Assembly: GCA_947625115.1 (NCBI GenBank)
Contig: CANQND010000004.1
Span: forward strand, 3,338 to 67,337
Reading direction: 5' to 3'
DNA: 64,000 nt
DNA from: an uncultured Clostridia bacterium
Lineage (GTDB): Bacteria; Bacillota; Clostridia; Christensenellales; CAG-314
In this document: one piece after another, positions 9,595 to 18,756 of the stretch
Numbering within the stretch: the stretch's first letter is position 1
How the letters are laid out: each line of letters begins with the position of its first letter
The notes under the pieces: model-generated
The model's database searches: none
Told to the model about the DNA's origin: nothing
The model's input: the letters and a program-made list of their open reading frames with translations, nothing else
Program-made: the position numbers and the translations under genes

Positions 9595-10857
9595 ATGTTC
9601 ATCGACAAAGTAAAAATTTACATCAAATCGGGCAACGGCGGCAACGGTTCGGCAAGCCTGCACACCGAAAAGTACGTCAACAACGGTGGACCGGACGGCG
9701 GCGACGGCGGCAAGGGCGGAGATGTCGTGTTTGTGGCTACCACGGCGGAAAACACCCTCAACGCCTTTCACTATCAAAAGCATTTCCGCGCGGGCAACGG
9801 CGGCAACGGCGGCAGACAGCGTTGTTTCGGCAAGCAGGGCGAGGACGTGATAGTCAAAGTACCCGTTGGCACTGTGGTCAAAAATTCCGACGGGCAGATC
9901 GTCGCGGATATGTTCGAGGACGGTCAGCGCGAAATAATTTTGCGCGGCGGCAAAGGGGGCAGGGGCAATTGGCATTTCAAAACCTCTCGCAGACAATCTC
10001 CCTCTTTTGCGGAACACGGCGAAACGACGCGCGAGTACGAAGTGACTTTGGAACTCAAAACGATAGCCGACGTTGGTCTGGTAGGTTTCCCCAACGTGGG
10101 CAAAAGCACGTTGTTGTCAGTTATATCCGAAGCAAAGCCGAAGATCGCCGACTATCACTTCACTACGCTTAGTCCCAATTTGGGCGTGGTGGAATACCGC
10201 GAACAGACCTTTGTGGTGGCGGATATTCCCGGTCTTATCGAGGGTGCCAAAGAGGGCGCGGGACTCGGACTCGATTTCTTGCGGCATATCGAGCGCACGC
10301 GCTTGCTCGTTCACGTGTTGGATATGTCGGGTAGCGAGGGGCGTGACCCGTTGGAGGATTTCCAGCTTATCAACAACGAAATTTTCGGTTACGACGACGG
10401 TTTGCGGCAGTTGCCTATGATAGTTGCGGCAAACAAAATGGATATGCCCTCCGCCGAAGAAAATCTTGCTCGTTTTTCAGCCAAGTACGGCGACAAGTAC
10501 CGCATTTTGCCGATAATCGCGCTTATCCACGAGGGCGTAGACGAATTGGTCGCGTTGACGGCAGAAACGCTTGCGCAACTCCCGCCTATGCAACCGCTCA
10601 AATTCGATCCCGTAAAACTTCAAGAGGAGCAGTCGGAAGAATTTGCCGTGGAAGTTTTGCAAGAGGACGTATTCGAAGTTACGGGCGGCTTGGTGGAAAT
10701 TCTCTCCCGCAAGGTAAATCTCGACGACTACGACAGTTTTGCGTACTTCCAACGCGTTCTTCGCGACAGGGGCGTTATCGCCGCATTGCGCAAAGCGGGC
10801 GCAAAGGACGGCAGTACCGTTATCGTCGGGGATATAGAATTTGAATTTGTTGATTGA
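9595..10857 (+). CDS. obg: GTPase Obg/CgtA
   Basis: MFIDKVKIYIKSGNGGNG...GGPDGGDGGKGGDV glycine-rich Obg fold, GFPNVGKST G1 motif. Confidence 0.95.
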   Translation: MFIDKVKIYIKSGNGGNGSASLHTEKYVNNGGPDGGDGGKGGDVVFVATTAENTLNAFHYQKHFRAGNGGNGGRQRCFGKQGEDVIVKVPVGTVVKNSDGQIVADMFEDGQREIILRGGKGGRGNWHFKTSRRQSPSFAEHGETTREYEVTLELKTIADVGLVGFPNVGKSTLLSVISEAKPKIADYHFTTLSPNLGVVEYREQTFVVADIPGLIEGAKEGAGLGLDFLRHIERTRLLVHVLDMSGSEGRDPLEDFQLINNEIFGYDDGLRQLPMIVAANKMDMPSAEENLARFSAKYGDKYRILPIIALIHEGVDELVALTAETLAQLPPMQPLKFDPVKLQEEQSEEFAVEVLQEDVFEVTGGLVEILSRKVNLDDYDSFAYFQRVLRDRGVIAALRKAGAKDGSTVIVGDIEFEFVD

Positions 10858-10869
10858 TCGAGGCAAAAA

Positions 10870-11166
10870 ATGATAACTACCAAACAAAGAAGTCAACTGA
10901 AATCTCTTGCCAACACTCTTAAACCGTCCGTTACCGTCGGCAAAGAGGAACTTACAGAAAATATTATCAAAGAAATAGAGGTGGCGTTGTACCATCGCGA
11001 ATTGGTCAAGGTGGCGGCGTTGAAGAGTTGCGTTTCTTCTGCGAAAGATATGTGCGCCGCCGTTTGCGCCGCTCTCGGTTGCGAACCCGTGCAGTGCATA
11101 GGCAATCGTTTTGTCGTGTACAAACGCAGCGACAAAGAGGGTATCGAACACATAGAACTACGCTGA
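10870..11166 (+). CDS. yhbY: YhbY-family CRM-domain RNA-binding protein
   Basis: 98 aa, LKSLANTLKPSVTVGKEELT... typical YhbY. It sits in the conserved position after obg. Confidence 0.8.
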   Translation: MITTKQRSQLKSLANTLKPSVTVGKEELTENIIKEIEVALYHRELVKVAALKSCVSSAKDMCAAVCAALGCEPVQCIGNRFVVYKRSDKEGIEHIELR

Positions 11167-11222
11167 ATTGACAAACGGGGTCGGTTTTTTTTGTAACGTC
11201 GCCTCGTTGCGGGAGGGTAAAA

Positions 11223-11741
11223 ATGAAGATACTCGTTTTCGCCGATTTTCACGGAAGCGTCGCTTCTATGCAGGACGCGGTGCAAATCAGCAAGCGCGAA
11301 CAGCCCGACAAAACCGTGGTGTGCGGCGATCTTTTCGGTTGGAACAGTCCGTCGCAGATTGTCGCCGTCGCGCAGGAATTGCAAGGCGTTCTCTATTTTG
11401 TAAGGGGCAACAACGATTGGGCTACGGATACCGCCCTTTTGCCCTGCGGCTTTGAGGATAACGCGGTGATGTACTGTTTCGGGCGTAAGCTGTTTTTTAC
11501 TCACGGCGACAGGTACAACGGTATGGCTATCCCTCCCGTCCTGTCCGAGGGCGACGCTCTTATCTACGGACACTCGCATATGGGCAGATTGCGCGTAAAG
11601 GACGGTTTGTTCCTGCTCAACGTCGGCTCTCTCGCCCGTCCGCGCGACGGCGTTCCCTGCTATCTCGTTTTGGACGAACAGGGCGCGTCTTTGCGTTCGC
11701 CCGACGGCGAAGTTCTTTCGCAATTGCAATGGAACAATTGA
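11223..11741 (+). CDS. YfcE/MJ0936-family metallophosphoesterase
   Basis: MKILVFADFHG, GDLF, VRGNND, FTHGD, GHSH motif series. Confidence 0.8.
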   Translation: MKILVFADFHGSVASMQDAVQISKREQPDKTVVCGDLFGWNSPSQIVAVAQELQGVLYFVRGNNDWATDTALLPCGFEDNAVMYCFGRKLFFTHGDRYNGMAIPPVLSEGDALIYGHSHMGRLRVKDGLFLLNVGSLARPRDGVPCYLVLDEQGASLRSPDGEVLSQLQWNN

Positions 11742-11844
11742 CCTAAATGTGCCAACGCCTCTTTGTGCGGGCGATTTTTGACAGATTGAAAATTTTTATG
11801 TCGGTATAGAACAATCCTATATCGGCAAATTTTTTTACAAAATC

Positions 11845-11873
11845 TTGCCTAAAAACCGACGTTGTGCTATACT
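11845..11873 (+). promoter_or_regulatory. sigma70-type promoter (extended -10)
   Basis: TTGCCT, 17 nt, (TGc)TATACT upstream of the NifU-like/GGGtGRT pair. Confidence 0.55.
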
Positions 11874-11910
11874 GTTTTTATTGTAAAAATTTTTTTGGAG
11901 GACATTCTCT

Positions 11911-12603
11911 ATGCAATATTCACACGAAGTAGAATTGATGCAATGCGTAAAGAAAGGCTGTAATCACGGTCCCGCCCCCATACCCGAAGAAGGTAAATGG
12001 GTGGCGGCTACGCAAATCAAGGATATCAGCGGTCTTACTCACGGTTGCGGTTGTTGCGCTCCTCAACAGGGTACCTGCAAATTGACGTTGAACGTCAAGA
12101 ACGGCGTCATTCAGGAAGCTCTTGTGGAAACGATCGGTTGTTCGGGTATGACTCACTCGGCGGCTATGGCTGCGGAAATTTTGCCCGGCAAAACCATTCT
12201 CGAAGCTCTCAACACCGACCTTGTGTGCGACGCCATAAACGTTGCTATGCGCGAACTGTTTTTGCAAATCGTTTACGGACGCACTCAATCGGCGTTTTCG
12301 GACGACGGCTTGCCTATCGGCGCGGGATTGGAGGACCTCGGTAAGGGGTTGCGCAGTCAGGTGGGAACAATGTATTCCACAGCGGCAAAAGGTCCGCGCT
12401 ATCTTGAAATGGCAGAGGGCTACGTAACTCGCCTTGCGTTGGACGAGGGCGGCGAAATCATCGGCTACGAGTACGTCAATCTCGGCGTAATGATGAAGCT
12501 CATCGGCGAAGGCACAGACGCCAACGAGGCGTTGAACAAGGCAAAGAAACAGTACGGACGTTTTGAAAACGCCGCTAAATACATTGTTCCGCGCAACGAG
12601 TAA
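11911..12603 (+). CDS. NifU/IscU-N-like Fe-S scaffold-domain protein with C-terminal extension
   Basis: GLTHGCGCCAP...GTCKLTL...GVIQEA..ETIGCSGMTHSAAMAAE...GKTILEA matches the IscU-type three-Cys layout. GGAGGA RBS. Confidence 0.65.
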   Translation: MQYSHEVELMQCVKKGCNHGPAPIPEEGKWVAATQIKDISGLTHGCGCCAPQQGTCKLTLNVKNGVIQEALVETIGCSGMTHSAAMAAEILPGKTILEALNTDLVCDAINVAMRELFLQIVYGRTQSAFSDDGLPIGAGLEDLGKGLRSQVGTMYSTAAKGPRYLEMAEGYVTRLALDEGGEIIGYEYVNLGVMMKLIGEGTDANEALNKAKKQYGRFENAAKYIVPRNE

Positions 12604-12616
12604 GGAGGTAGCGAAA

Positions 12617-13633
12617 ATGATCAGATTTGAAGGCTATGAAAGAAGAATTGACAAAATCAACTCCGAACTCAAAAAGTACGGAATAAAGGACCTCGAAGAG
12701 GCGCGCGAACTGTGCCTTTCTCACGGCGTAAACGTGGAAGAAATCGTCAAGGGCGTTCAACCGATAGCGTTTGAAAACGCCGTCTGGGCTTACACTCTTG
12801 GTTGCGCCATCGCCATCAAAAAGGGCGTAACGAACGCCGCGGAAGTAAGCGAGTGTATCGGACTCGGCTTGCAAGCGTTTTGTATCCCCGGCAGCGTGGC
12901 AGACCAACGTAAAGTGGGTTTGGGACACGGCAACCTCGGCGCAATGCTGTTGCGTGAAGAAACGGACTGCTTCGCTTTCCTCGCGGGACACGAGTCTTTC
13001 GCCGCGGCAGAGGGCGCGATAGGCATTGCCCGCAACGCCAACAAAGCTCGCAAAAAGCCTCTTCGCGTTATTCTCAACGGCTTGGGCAAGGACGCCGCGT
13101 ACATAATTTCCCGTATCAACGGCTTTACCTACGTTCAAACCAAGTACGACTACTACACGGGCGAATTGACGATTGTGCGCGAAGTTCCTTTCTCCGACGG
13201 CGAACGCGCCAAGGTGCGTTGCTATGGTGCCGACGACGTAAACGAGGGCGTTGCGATAATGCGCTACGAAAAGGTAGACGTTTCCATAACGGGCAACTCC
13301 ACCAACCCGACCCGTTTCCAACACCCCGTTGCGGGAACCTACAAAAAATGGTGTATCGAAAACGGCAAAAAGTACTTCTCCGTTGCAAGCGGCGGCGGCA
13401 CGGGACGTACCTTGCACCCCGATAACGTTGCGGCTGGTCCCGCAAGCTACGGAATGACGGACACGCTCGGACGTATGCACAGCGACGCTCAGTTTGCAGG
13501 CAGCAGTTCCGTCCCCGCTCACGTGGAGATGATGGGCTTGATCGGTATGGGCAACAACCCGATGGTGGGCGCAACGGTGGCATGCGCGGTTGCCGTTTCT
13601 TTGGCAATGCAGTCCGTTCACGGCAAAGCCTGA
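12617..13633 (+). CDS. GGGtGRT-family protein (uncharacterised)
   Basis: Contains the eponymous SGGGTGRTLHPDNV motif. ATG at 12617 is preceded by an AAGGAGG RBS. It is adjacent to a NifU-like gene, the pairing I associate with this family. Confidence 0.75.
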   Translation: MIRFEGYERRIDKINSELKKYGIKDLEEARELCLSHGVNVEEIVKGVQPIAFENAVWAYTLGCAIAIKKGVTNAAEVSECIGLGLQAFCIPGSVADQRKVGLGHGNLGAMLLREETDCFAFLAGHESFAAAEGAIGIARNANKARKKPLRVILNGLGKDAAYIISRINGFTYVQTKYDYYTGELTIVREVPFSDGERAKVRCYGADDVNEGVAIMRYEKVDVSITGNSTNPTRFQHPVAGTYKKWCIENGKKYFSVASGGGTGRTLHPDNVAAGPASYGMTDTLGRMHSDAQFAGSSSVPAHVEMMGLIGMGNNPMVGATVACAVAVSLAMQSVHGKA

Positions 13634-13716
13634 CGGTTTAAGCGCACATTTTCGCAAACCTTTTGACTTTTTGTCGAACGTTTCGCGCAGAAATTTGCAG
13701 TTGAACAAATTTTTTC

Positions 13717-13747
13717 AAAGGGATTGCCCGCTCGGCAGTCCCTTTTT
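13717..13747 (+). terminator. rho-independent terminator (repeated module, copy 1)
   Basis: AAAGGGATTGCC-cgctc-GGCAGTCCCTTT followed by TT. A near-identical copy lies at 14816-14846. Confidence 0.75.
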
Positions 13748-13865
13748 GCTGCCTCGTAGAACAATGTCCCCGACCCATTGTCGCTCGGGCATTCACCCGA
13801 GCGGATTTTGTAGTGTGCAAGTTATGTTTTCAAAAATATTATTTCACGCACTTTCATTAAAATCG

Positions 13866-13893
13866 TTGACTTTTCAACGGGGGGGGGTATACT
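13866..13893 (+). promoter_or_regulatory. sigma70-type promoter with a G9 homopolymer in the spacer
   Basis: TTGACT (13866-13871), spacer tttcaacGGGGGGGGG (16 nt; G-run 13879-13887), TATACT (13888-13893). Confidence 0.6.
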
Positions 13894-13946
13894 GTCTTTA
13901 ACCGTGAGTTCAGGAGCTTACGGAATATTCTTACGGAGAAAAAGAT

Positions 13947-14792
13947 ATGAAGAAAGTATGTAAAATTGTTGCCGTAGCGATAGCGGTAATATTTGTTTTG
14001 GGTATTGTTGCGGCGTGCGGCAAGACTGTAGAAGTGGAGAGCGTAACTCTGGACAAGACGGCAGTGACATTGGACGTAGGCGCAAGCACTCGTCTTACCG
14101 CCACCGTTGCGCCGAGCGACGCAACGAACAAGACGGTAACTTGGAGCAGTTCCGACGCCTCTGTTGCAACCGTATCTGACGGCACGGTAACGGCGGTAGC
14201 CGAGGGAACGACAACGGTAACCGCAACGGCAGGAGGCAAAAGCGCGACTTGCACGGTAACGGTCAACGTTCCCGTTGTCTACACGGTAACCGCCGACGAA
14301 TGGACGGCGGCAATAGCGGGGTTGGCTGACGCGCAAAATTTCACCCTTTTGCAAGGCGGAGCTTACATTCGTATGGCGGACGGAAGTCGTGCCGTTTACT
14401 ACTATCCCACTAAACAGCAAGAACCCTATGAACCTGCGCTGGGTGCCTATGTGGAAAAGAGCGATACAGACTACAAGGGGTATGCTTTCGACGAGGACAC
14501 GCAAAAGTGGGAATTGGACTACGACGTTACGTGGTACATAATGACGACGGTGGTAATGGAACCCGTTGCGGAAGTGTTGGGAGCAGTGGATTACTCCAAG
14601 TTGGTTTACGACGCGGAAACGCATATGTACACCTACACGGATACCGAGGGACAAAGAACGTTCAAGTTCATCTTCCAAGACAAGCAATTGTATTGGGCAA
14701 GATGGGAATACTACATTGAGTCAATGAGTACATGGGAAGAACTGAAAGATCTCGGCACGACAGTGGTGGAATCGCCTCTGCCCAAAGACTGA
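13947..14792 (+). CDS. lipoprotein with a Big_2-type bacterial Ig-like domain
   Basis: Lipobox LGIVAAC. VTLDKTAVTLDVGASTRLTATVAPSDATNKTVTWSSSDASVATVSDGTVTAVAEGTTTVTAT is a textbook Big_2 repeat. Confidence 0.8.
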   Translation: MKKVCKIVAVAIAVIFVLGIVAACGKTVEVESVTLDKTAVTLDVGASTRLTATVAPSDATNKTVTWSSSDASVATVSDGTVTAVAEGTTTVTATAGGKSATCTVTVNVPVVYTVTADEWTAAIAGLADAQNFTLLQGGAYIRMADGSRAVYYYPTKQQEPYEPALGAYVEKSDTDYKGYAFDEDTQKWELDYDVTWYIMTTVVMEPVAEVLGAVDYSKLVYDAETHMYTYTDTEGQRTFKFIFQDKQLYWARWEYYIESMSTWEELKDLGTTVVESPLPKD

Positions 14793-14815
14793 TTTGCAAT
14801 CGATAAGTTTGTTTC

Positions 14816-14846
14816 AAAGGGATTGCCCTCTCGGCAGTCCCTTTTG
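14816..14846 (+). terminator. rho-independent terminator (repeated module, copy 2)
   Basis: AAAGGGATTGCC-ctctc-GGCAGTCCCTTTT. Same stem as 13717-13747 with a different loop base. Confidence 0.75.
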
Positions 14847-14934
14847 CATACTGCAAAAACACGGTGTTTTGCCAAGCGTACGGGATAGCGCGTAACGTTA
14901 CCGAAAATTGCGGTTACAAATTTTTGCAAAATTC

Positions 14935-14963
14935 TTGATTTATATTGTATCAAGTAATATAAT
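14935..14963 (+). promoter_or_regulatory. sigma70-type promoter
   Basis: TTGATT, 17 nt, TATAAT upstream of the 15009 start. Confidence 0.55.
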
Positions 14964-15008
14964 CTATTTGAAAAACATTGTCGTTTTTTGCCGAATTTTG
15001 AGGTTATT

Positions 15009-17897
15009 ATGAAAACATTTAAAGTCAAAATTACCATTATTGCACTATTGGTATTGGCATTGTGCGTCAGTACGTTTATTCTTGTCGCCTGTCAAGAAAC
15101 GGATCCCGCTCCCTCGCCCGATCCGTCCGACGGACACATTCACAGATATGTCATAGTAGATCACATACCTCCAACCTGTACCGAAAGCGGCTGCGACGTT
15201 TACTCCTGCACTTGCGGCGACACTAAAACCGAAAATATCGACCCGTTGGGACACGATCTCGAATGGCGTTCGGACGAAAGCGGCGAAAAGCATTTTCAAG
15301 CGTGCAAGAGGTCGGGTTGCGAATACAAAACCGAAGCGGTTGCGCACAGTTACGACGTAACGGTCAAAACGGACAAATTGCCTACCTGCACGGAAGAGGG
15401 AATGGAAACCGTCGCCTGCGAATGCGGCGCGACGAAAACTCAAAGCATAGACAAAATTGCGCATAAATTTACCGTCGTCAACAAAGACGGCAACTACCAT
15501 TGGAACGAATGTGAAGTTTGCCACGCTCCCGACGAAACCTCGCGCGCGGCGCACAGCTACACCGTACGCGAAAGTATAACGCAATCCACTTGCGAAACTC
15601 AGGGCGAGGAAGTCACTCGTTGCGTTTGCGGAGCAACGCATACCGAAACGTTGCCCTTGGCGCAACACAAGTACATATATGCTTACAACGCGCAACAGCA
15701 TTGGGAGCAATGCTCCGTTTGTTCTGCTGAAAAGGAAAACAGCCGCTCCGATCACACAATGGCGGTTACATCTCAAACGGAAGCCACCTGTACCGAACAG
15801 GGCGTTACCGAAAAGGCTTGCGTATGCGGCAAAACAGAACAGATTTCAACTCCTGAATTAGGTCACGATTTAGATAAGACTGCTTTTTCCAAGAAAACGA
15901 ACGCGGGGCATTTTTACAAATGCAAGCGTTGCGAAGAGGAGCAGATAGAAACGCACACTTTGGTGGATGTCGATTGTCCTGACGGTTACAACAAAGAAGC
16001 CACATGCGGTGCGGCGGGACATCAGGACAAGCGTTGCACCGTGTGCGATTTCTCTTTCCATACCTCTGTTCCCGCAACGGGCGCGCACGTTTGGTCGCAG
16101 GACGACGATCTACAACACAACGGCACGGAGCATTGGCATTACTGCACGGTTTGCGGCGCGGAGGGAGAAAAAACGGCGCACACTTGGCAGTGGGAAACCG
16201 TCCAAGAAGTTACCTGTACTCAAAACGGATCGGAACAAGAAATCTGCGAGTGCGGTCAAGTGAGAGCTTCGCGCACCGTTCAATCTTCGGGGCATAACTA
16301 TCTCCCGAAAGAGGAAACCCGCAAGCAACCCACCTGCACCGAAGAGGGCAGCGTTGAAATCGAGTGTTCCGTTTGCGGAGATGTCAAAACGGAAAAAACA
16401 GATAAATTAGATCATTCTTTCGGCGAATATCAGGCGGACGACGGCAAGCATTGGAAGGAATGTGAAGTTTGCCACTACAAAAACGAGGGCAATCACAACT
16501 ATGTGGAGTTGACCGCGGAAAGGAAAACCGCCACCTGTCAGGAAGAGGGATGCCGCAAGGAAAAATGCACCGCCTGCCAACACGTAAAAACCACCGTTTT
16601 GCCGAAAACACAACATCAATACTCTTTGGACCCCGACGATTTCCGCGATTCTACCTGCACGGTACACGGCTATCACGTCAACGTGTGTATTTACTGTAAC
16701 GACAGACAAGTAGTGGAAGAGGAGTTGGCCCCTCACACATTGGACTACTACGGTGAACAACCCGCCACCGACGAGGCGGACGGTTGGATAAAGCATTGGC
16801 GTTGCTCCGTTTGCCTCGGATATTTCGCCGATAAACAGGGAACAGAACCTCTTACGGAAGAGGACGTGATAGTTAGTAAAGTCAACGCGACGGTTTTGTC
16901 GTCGATAAGTCAGCTAAACGAACTCGCCGAACAGTTTATTCAATCCGAAAGCAGCAAATTTTACGTAATAACATTGAATGTGTACGCTTGCGATGGCGGT
17001 GAGATGATTTTGACAGATGACGAGGACGAGTTAATTGTATTATCCTCCTCCGATCTGGACGATAAATACGATTTTTCTTCGGTAGAAGAGGGCAACAAAA
17101 TAACGTTGCGTGGCAACCTGTTGTTCCGAAACGGCAATTTCCCAATGGTAAACATCGAAATCATCGATGTGGACGACAACGATCCCGATTTGCTCTCGCT
17201 GTATGTGGAAGTGGAGTTGAACGCAACGGGCAGCATTATTCTCGAAGCTCAGTCGGAAATGGAAGAAGATCCGTTTACTTTTATAAGTTACGGTTATACG
17301 TCCTGCTTGGTGTACTTTAACTGTTTATTAAAGGGCGAATCGCTTACTTTCAGTTTTACCTCATACTCAAACAATCCAAATCGGGAGCAAAATGCCATTG
17401 TCAGTTACCTTGCGATAAACGGTAAATCCTACACAATGACAGACGGTCAATTGCAAATCGAAGTTACGGAAGATATCCACGCCAAGTTTGAAATTTCTTA
17501 CTACGACTTACAAAACGTAACGTTGACTTCCGTAGATACCTCCGAAAACAACGCAGAGAAAAAGATTGACCCGTACGTTTCTTACGTGTACACGGGTACC
17601 GCAAACGAATACGGCAGACTGTATGCAAATTCTTACCTGCGCTTTACCGTTGTCAACGCCTACATAACTTCCGTCAAGATAGAGTTTGAGGACTACGAAA
17701 TCGACAAAATGAAGAACAACCCCGTCAACGTAGGCAAAGACAACTTGCACAAGGAAAAACAAACTTACGTTTTGAACGGAACAACGCTTTCCCTTTCCTT
17801 TGACAAATCTTCGGGGTACTCGTATTTCGAGTACAATGCGCAAGCGCAAGCGCGCATAAAGTCGATACGCATAGAATACCGAACATACAATAGTTAG
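15009..17897 (+). CDS. large lipoprotein with tandem Cys/His-rich modules (N-terminal half) and a Cys-free beta-rich C-terminal half
   Basis: Start MKTFKVKITIIALLVLALCVSTFILVAC (lipobox) with a GAGG RBS. By my count there are nine TC(T/E)xxG-x5-CxCG...(G/A)H modules and seven H(W/F)xxCxxC...H modules. Confidence 0.75.
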   Translation: MKTFKVKITIIALLVLALCVSTFILVACQETDPAPSPDPSDGHIHRYVIVDHIPPTCTESGCDVYSCTCGDTKTENIDPLGHDLEWRSDESGEKHFQACKRSGCEYKTEAVAHSYDVTVKTDKLPTCTEEGMETVACECGATKTQSIDKIAHKFTVVNKDGNYHWNECEVCHAPDETSRAAHSYTVRESITQSTCETQGEEVTRCVCGATHTETLPLAQHKYIYAYNAQQHWEQCSVCSAEKENSRSDHTMAVTSQTEATCTEQGVTEKACVCGKTEQISTPELGHDLDKTAFSKKTNAGHFYKCKRCEEEQIETHTLVDVDCPDGYNKEATCGAAGHQDKRCTVCDFSFHTSVPATGAHVWSQDDDLQHNGTEHWHYCTVCGAEGEKTAHTWQWETVQEVTCTQNGSEQEICECGQVRASRTVQSSGHNYLPKEETRKQPTCTEEGSVEIECSVCGDVKTEKTDKLDHSFGEYQADDGKHWKECEVCHYKNEGNHNYVELTAERKTATCQEEGCRKEKCTACQHVKTTVLPKTQHQYSLDPDDFRDSTCTVHGYHVNVCIYCNDRQVVEEELAPHTLDYYGEQPATDEADGWIKHWRCSVCLGYFADKQGTEPLTEEDVIVSKVNATVLSSISQLNELAEQFIQSESSKFYVITLNVYACDGGEMILTDDEDELIVLSSSDLDDKYDFSSVEEGNKITLRGNLLFRNGNFPMVNIEIIDVDDNDPDLLSLYVEVELNATGSIILEAQSEMEEDPFTFISYGYTSCLVYFNCLLKGESLTFSFTSYSNNPNREQNAIVSYLAINGKSYTMTDGQLQIEVTEDIHAKFEISYYDLQNVTLTSVDTSENNAEKKIDPYVSYVYTGTANEYGRLYANSYLRFTVVNAYITSVKIEFEDYEIDKMKNNPVNVGKDNLHKEKQTYVLNGTTLSLSFDKSSGYSYFEYNAQAQARIKSIRIEYRTYNS

Positions 17898-17906
17898 TCG
17901 GAACGC

Positions 17907-17940
17907 AAAACGGAGCCTGAAAACAAGGCTCCGTTTTTTT
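17907..17940. terminator. bidirectional rho-independent terminator
   Basis: AAAACGGAGCC-tgaaaacaa-GGCTCCGTTTTTTT between convergent genes. Confidence 0.8.
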
Positions 17941-17953
17941 GCAAAAATATCGT

Positions 17954-18754
17954 TTAATTTGCGTCCAAGTAGTTTTTTCTCAATTTTTCCACGTCCTCGT
18001 GCGTTACTCCGCAGTGGCGCACAAATTCGTCCACGCTTCCGAAAAGCCGTTCCGTTTCACTCCAAAAACTTTCCAGATAGCTCGCTTCCACCAAGAGCAT
18101 AGATTTTACCAACGCCATCCTTTCTTGCGGCACATACGGGCGTACTTTTGCGAGAATACTTTGCGCATGCGAACCTACCTGTACGTTTGTTTCCAGATAG
18201 TCGCGCAAAATGTCTTGGCGGCTTGCGCCGAGGCAGTGAAGCAGCAGTGCGGTACAAGTTCCGCAACGGTCTTTGCCGCCCGTGCAATGCCACAATGTCG
18301 CGCCCGATACGGGTTTGTCGGCAAGCAATTTCAAAAATTCGCCGTAGCCCTTGTGACTGTGCGGATTTTCCGCAAATTGGCGGTAAAGTATGCGCATATG
18401 TTCTATGGGAGTTTCGCCGCGGGCTATCATTCTGTCAATGCCCGCTTGAAGTTTCACGGCAATGGTTGGTCCGTCCAACGTTTCGTAGCTTATGCCGAAA
18501 GTGGTCGCGCTCATTATGGATATATTTACGTATTCCGCGTCCGTCGCCGCGTCGGGGTGGTTGGCAATTTCCTGCGGGGTACGCAAATCCACAATGCGTT
18601 GCAGTCCGTGCCTTTTTAGCGTTGCCAAATCTTCGGGCGAGGCAATGCTGAGATGTCCCGAACGTATAAGTTTGTTGTGTTTTACCGTGCCGTACGGCGT
18701 AAAAATGCCGCCTAAGTCGCGGGCGTTTGCCACCTGTTGCAATTGTATCGTCAT
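17954..18754 (-). CDS. protein-tyrosine phosphatase (Y_phosphatase3-like)
   Basis: VANARDLGG N-terminal motif and HCTGGKDRCG (CX5R P-loop). Start MTIQLQQ at 18754 lies 3 nt after the udk stop; the longer track ORF start at 19015 runs through udk. Confidence 0.8.
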   Translation of the reverse strand: MTIQLQQVANARDLGGIFTPYGTVKHNKLIRSGHLSIASPEDLATLKRHGLQRIVDLRTPQEIANHPDAATDAEYVNISIMSATTFGISYETLDGPTIAVKLQAGIDRMIARGETPIEHMRILYRQFAENPHSHKGYGEFLKLLADKPVSGATLWHCTGGKDRCGTCTALLLHCLGASRQDILRDYLETNVQVGSHAQSILAKVRPYVPQERMALVKSMLLVEASYLESFWSETERLFGSVDEFVRHCGVTHEDVEKLRKNYLDAN

Positions 18755-18756
18755 TT

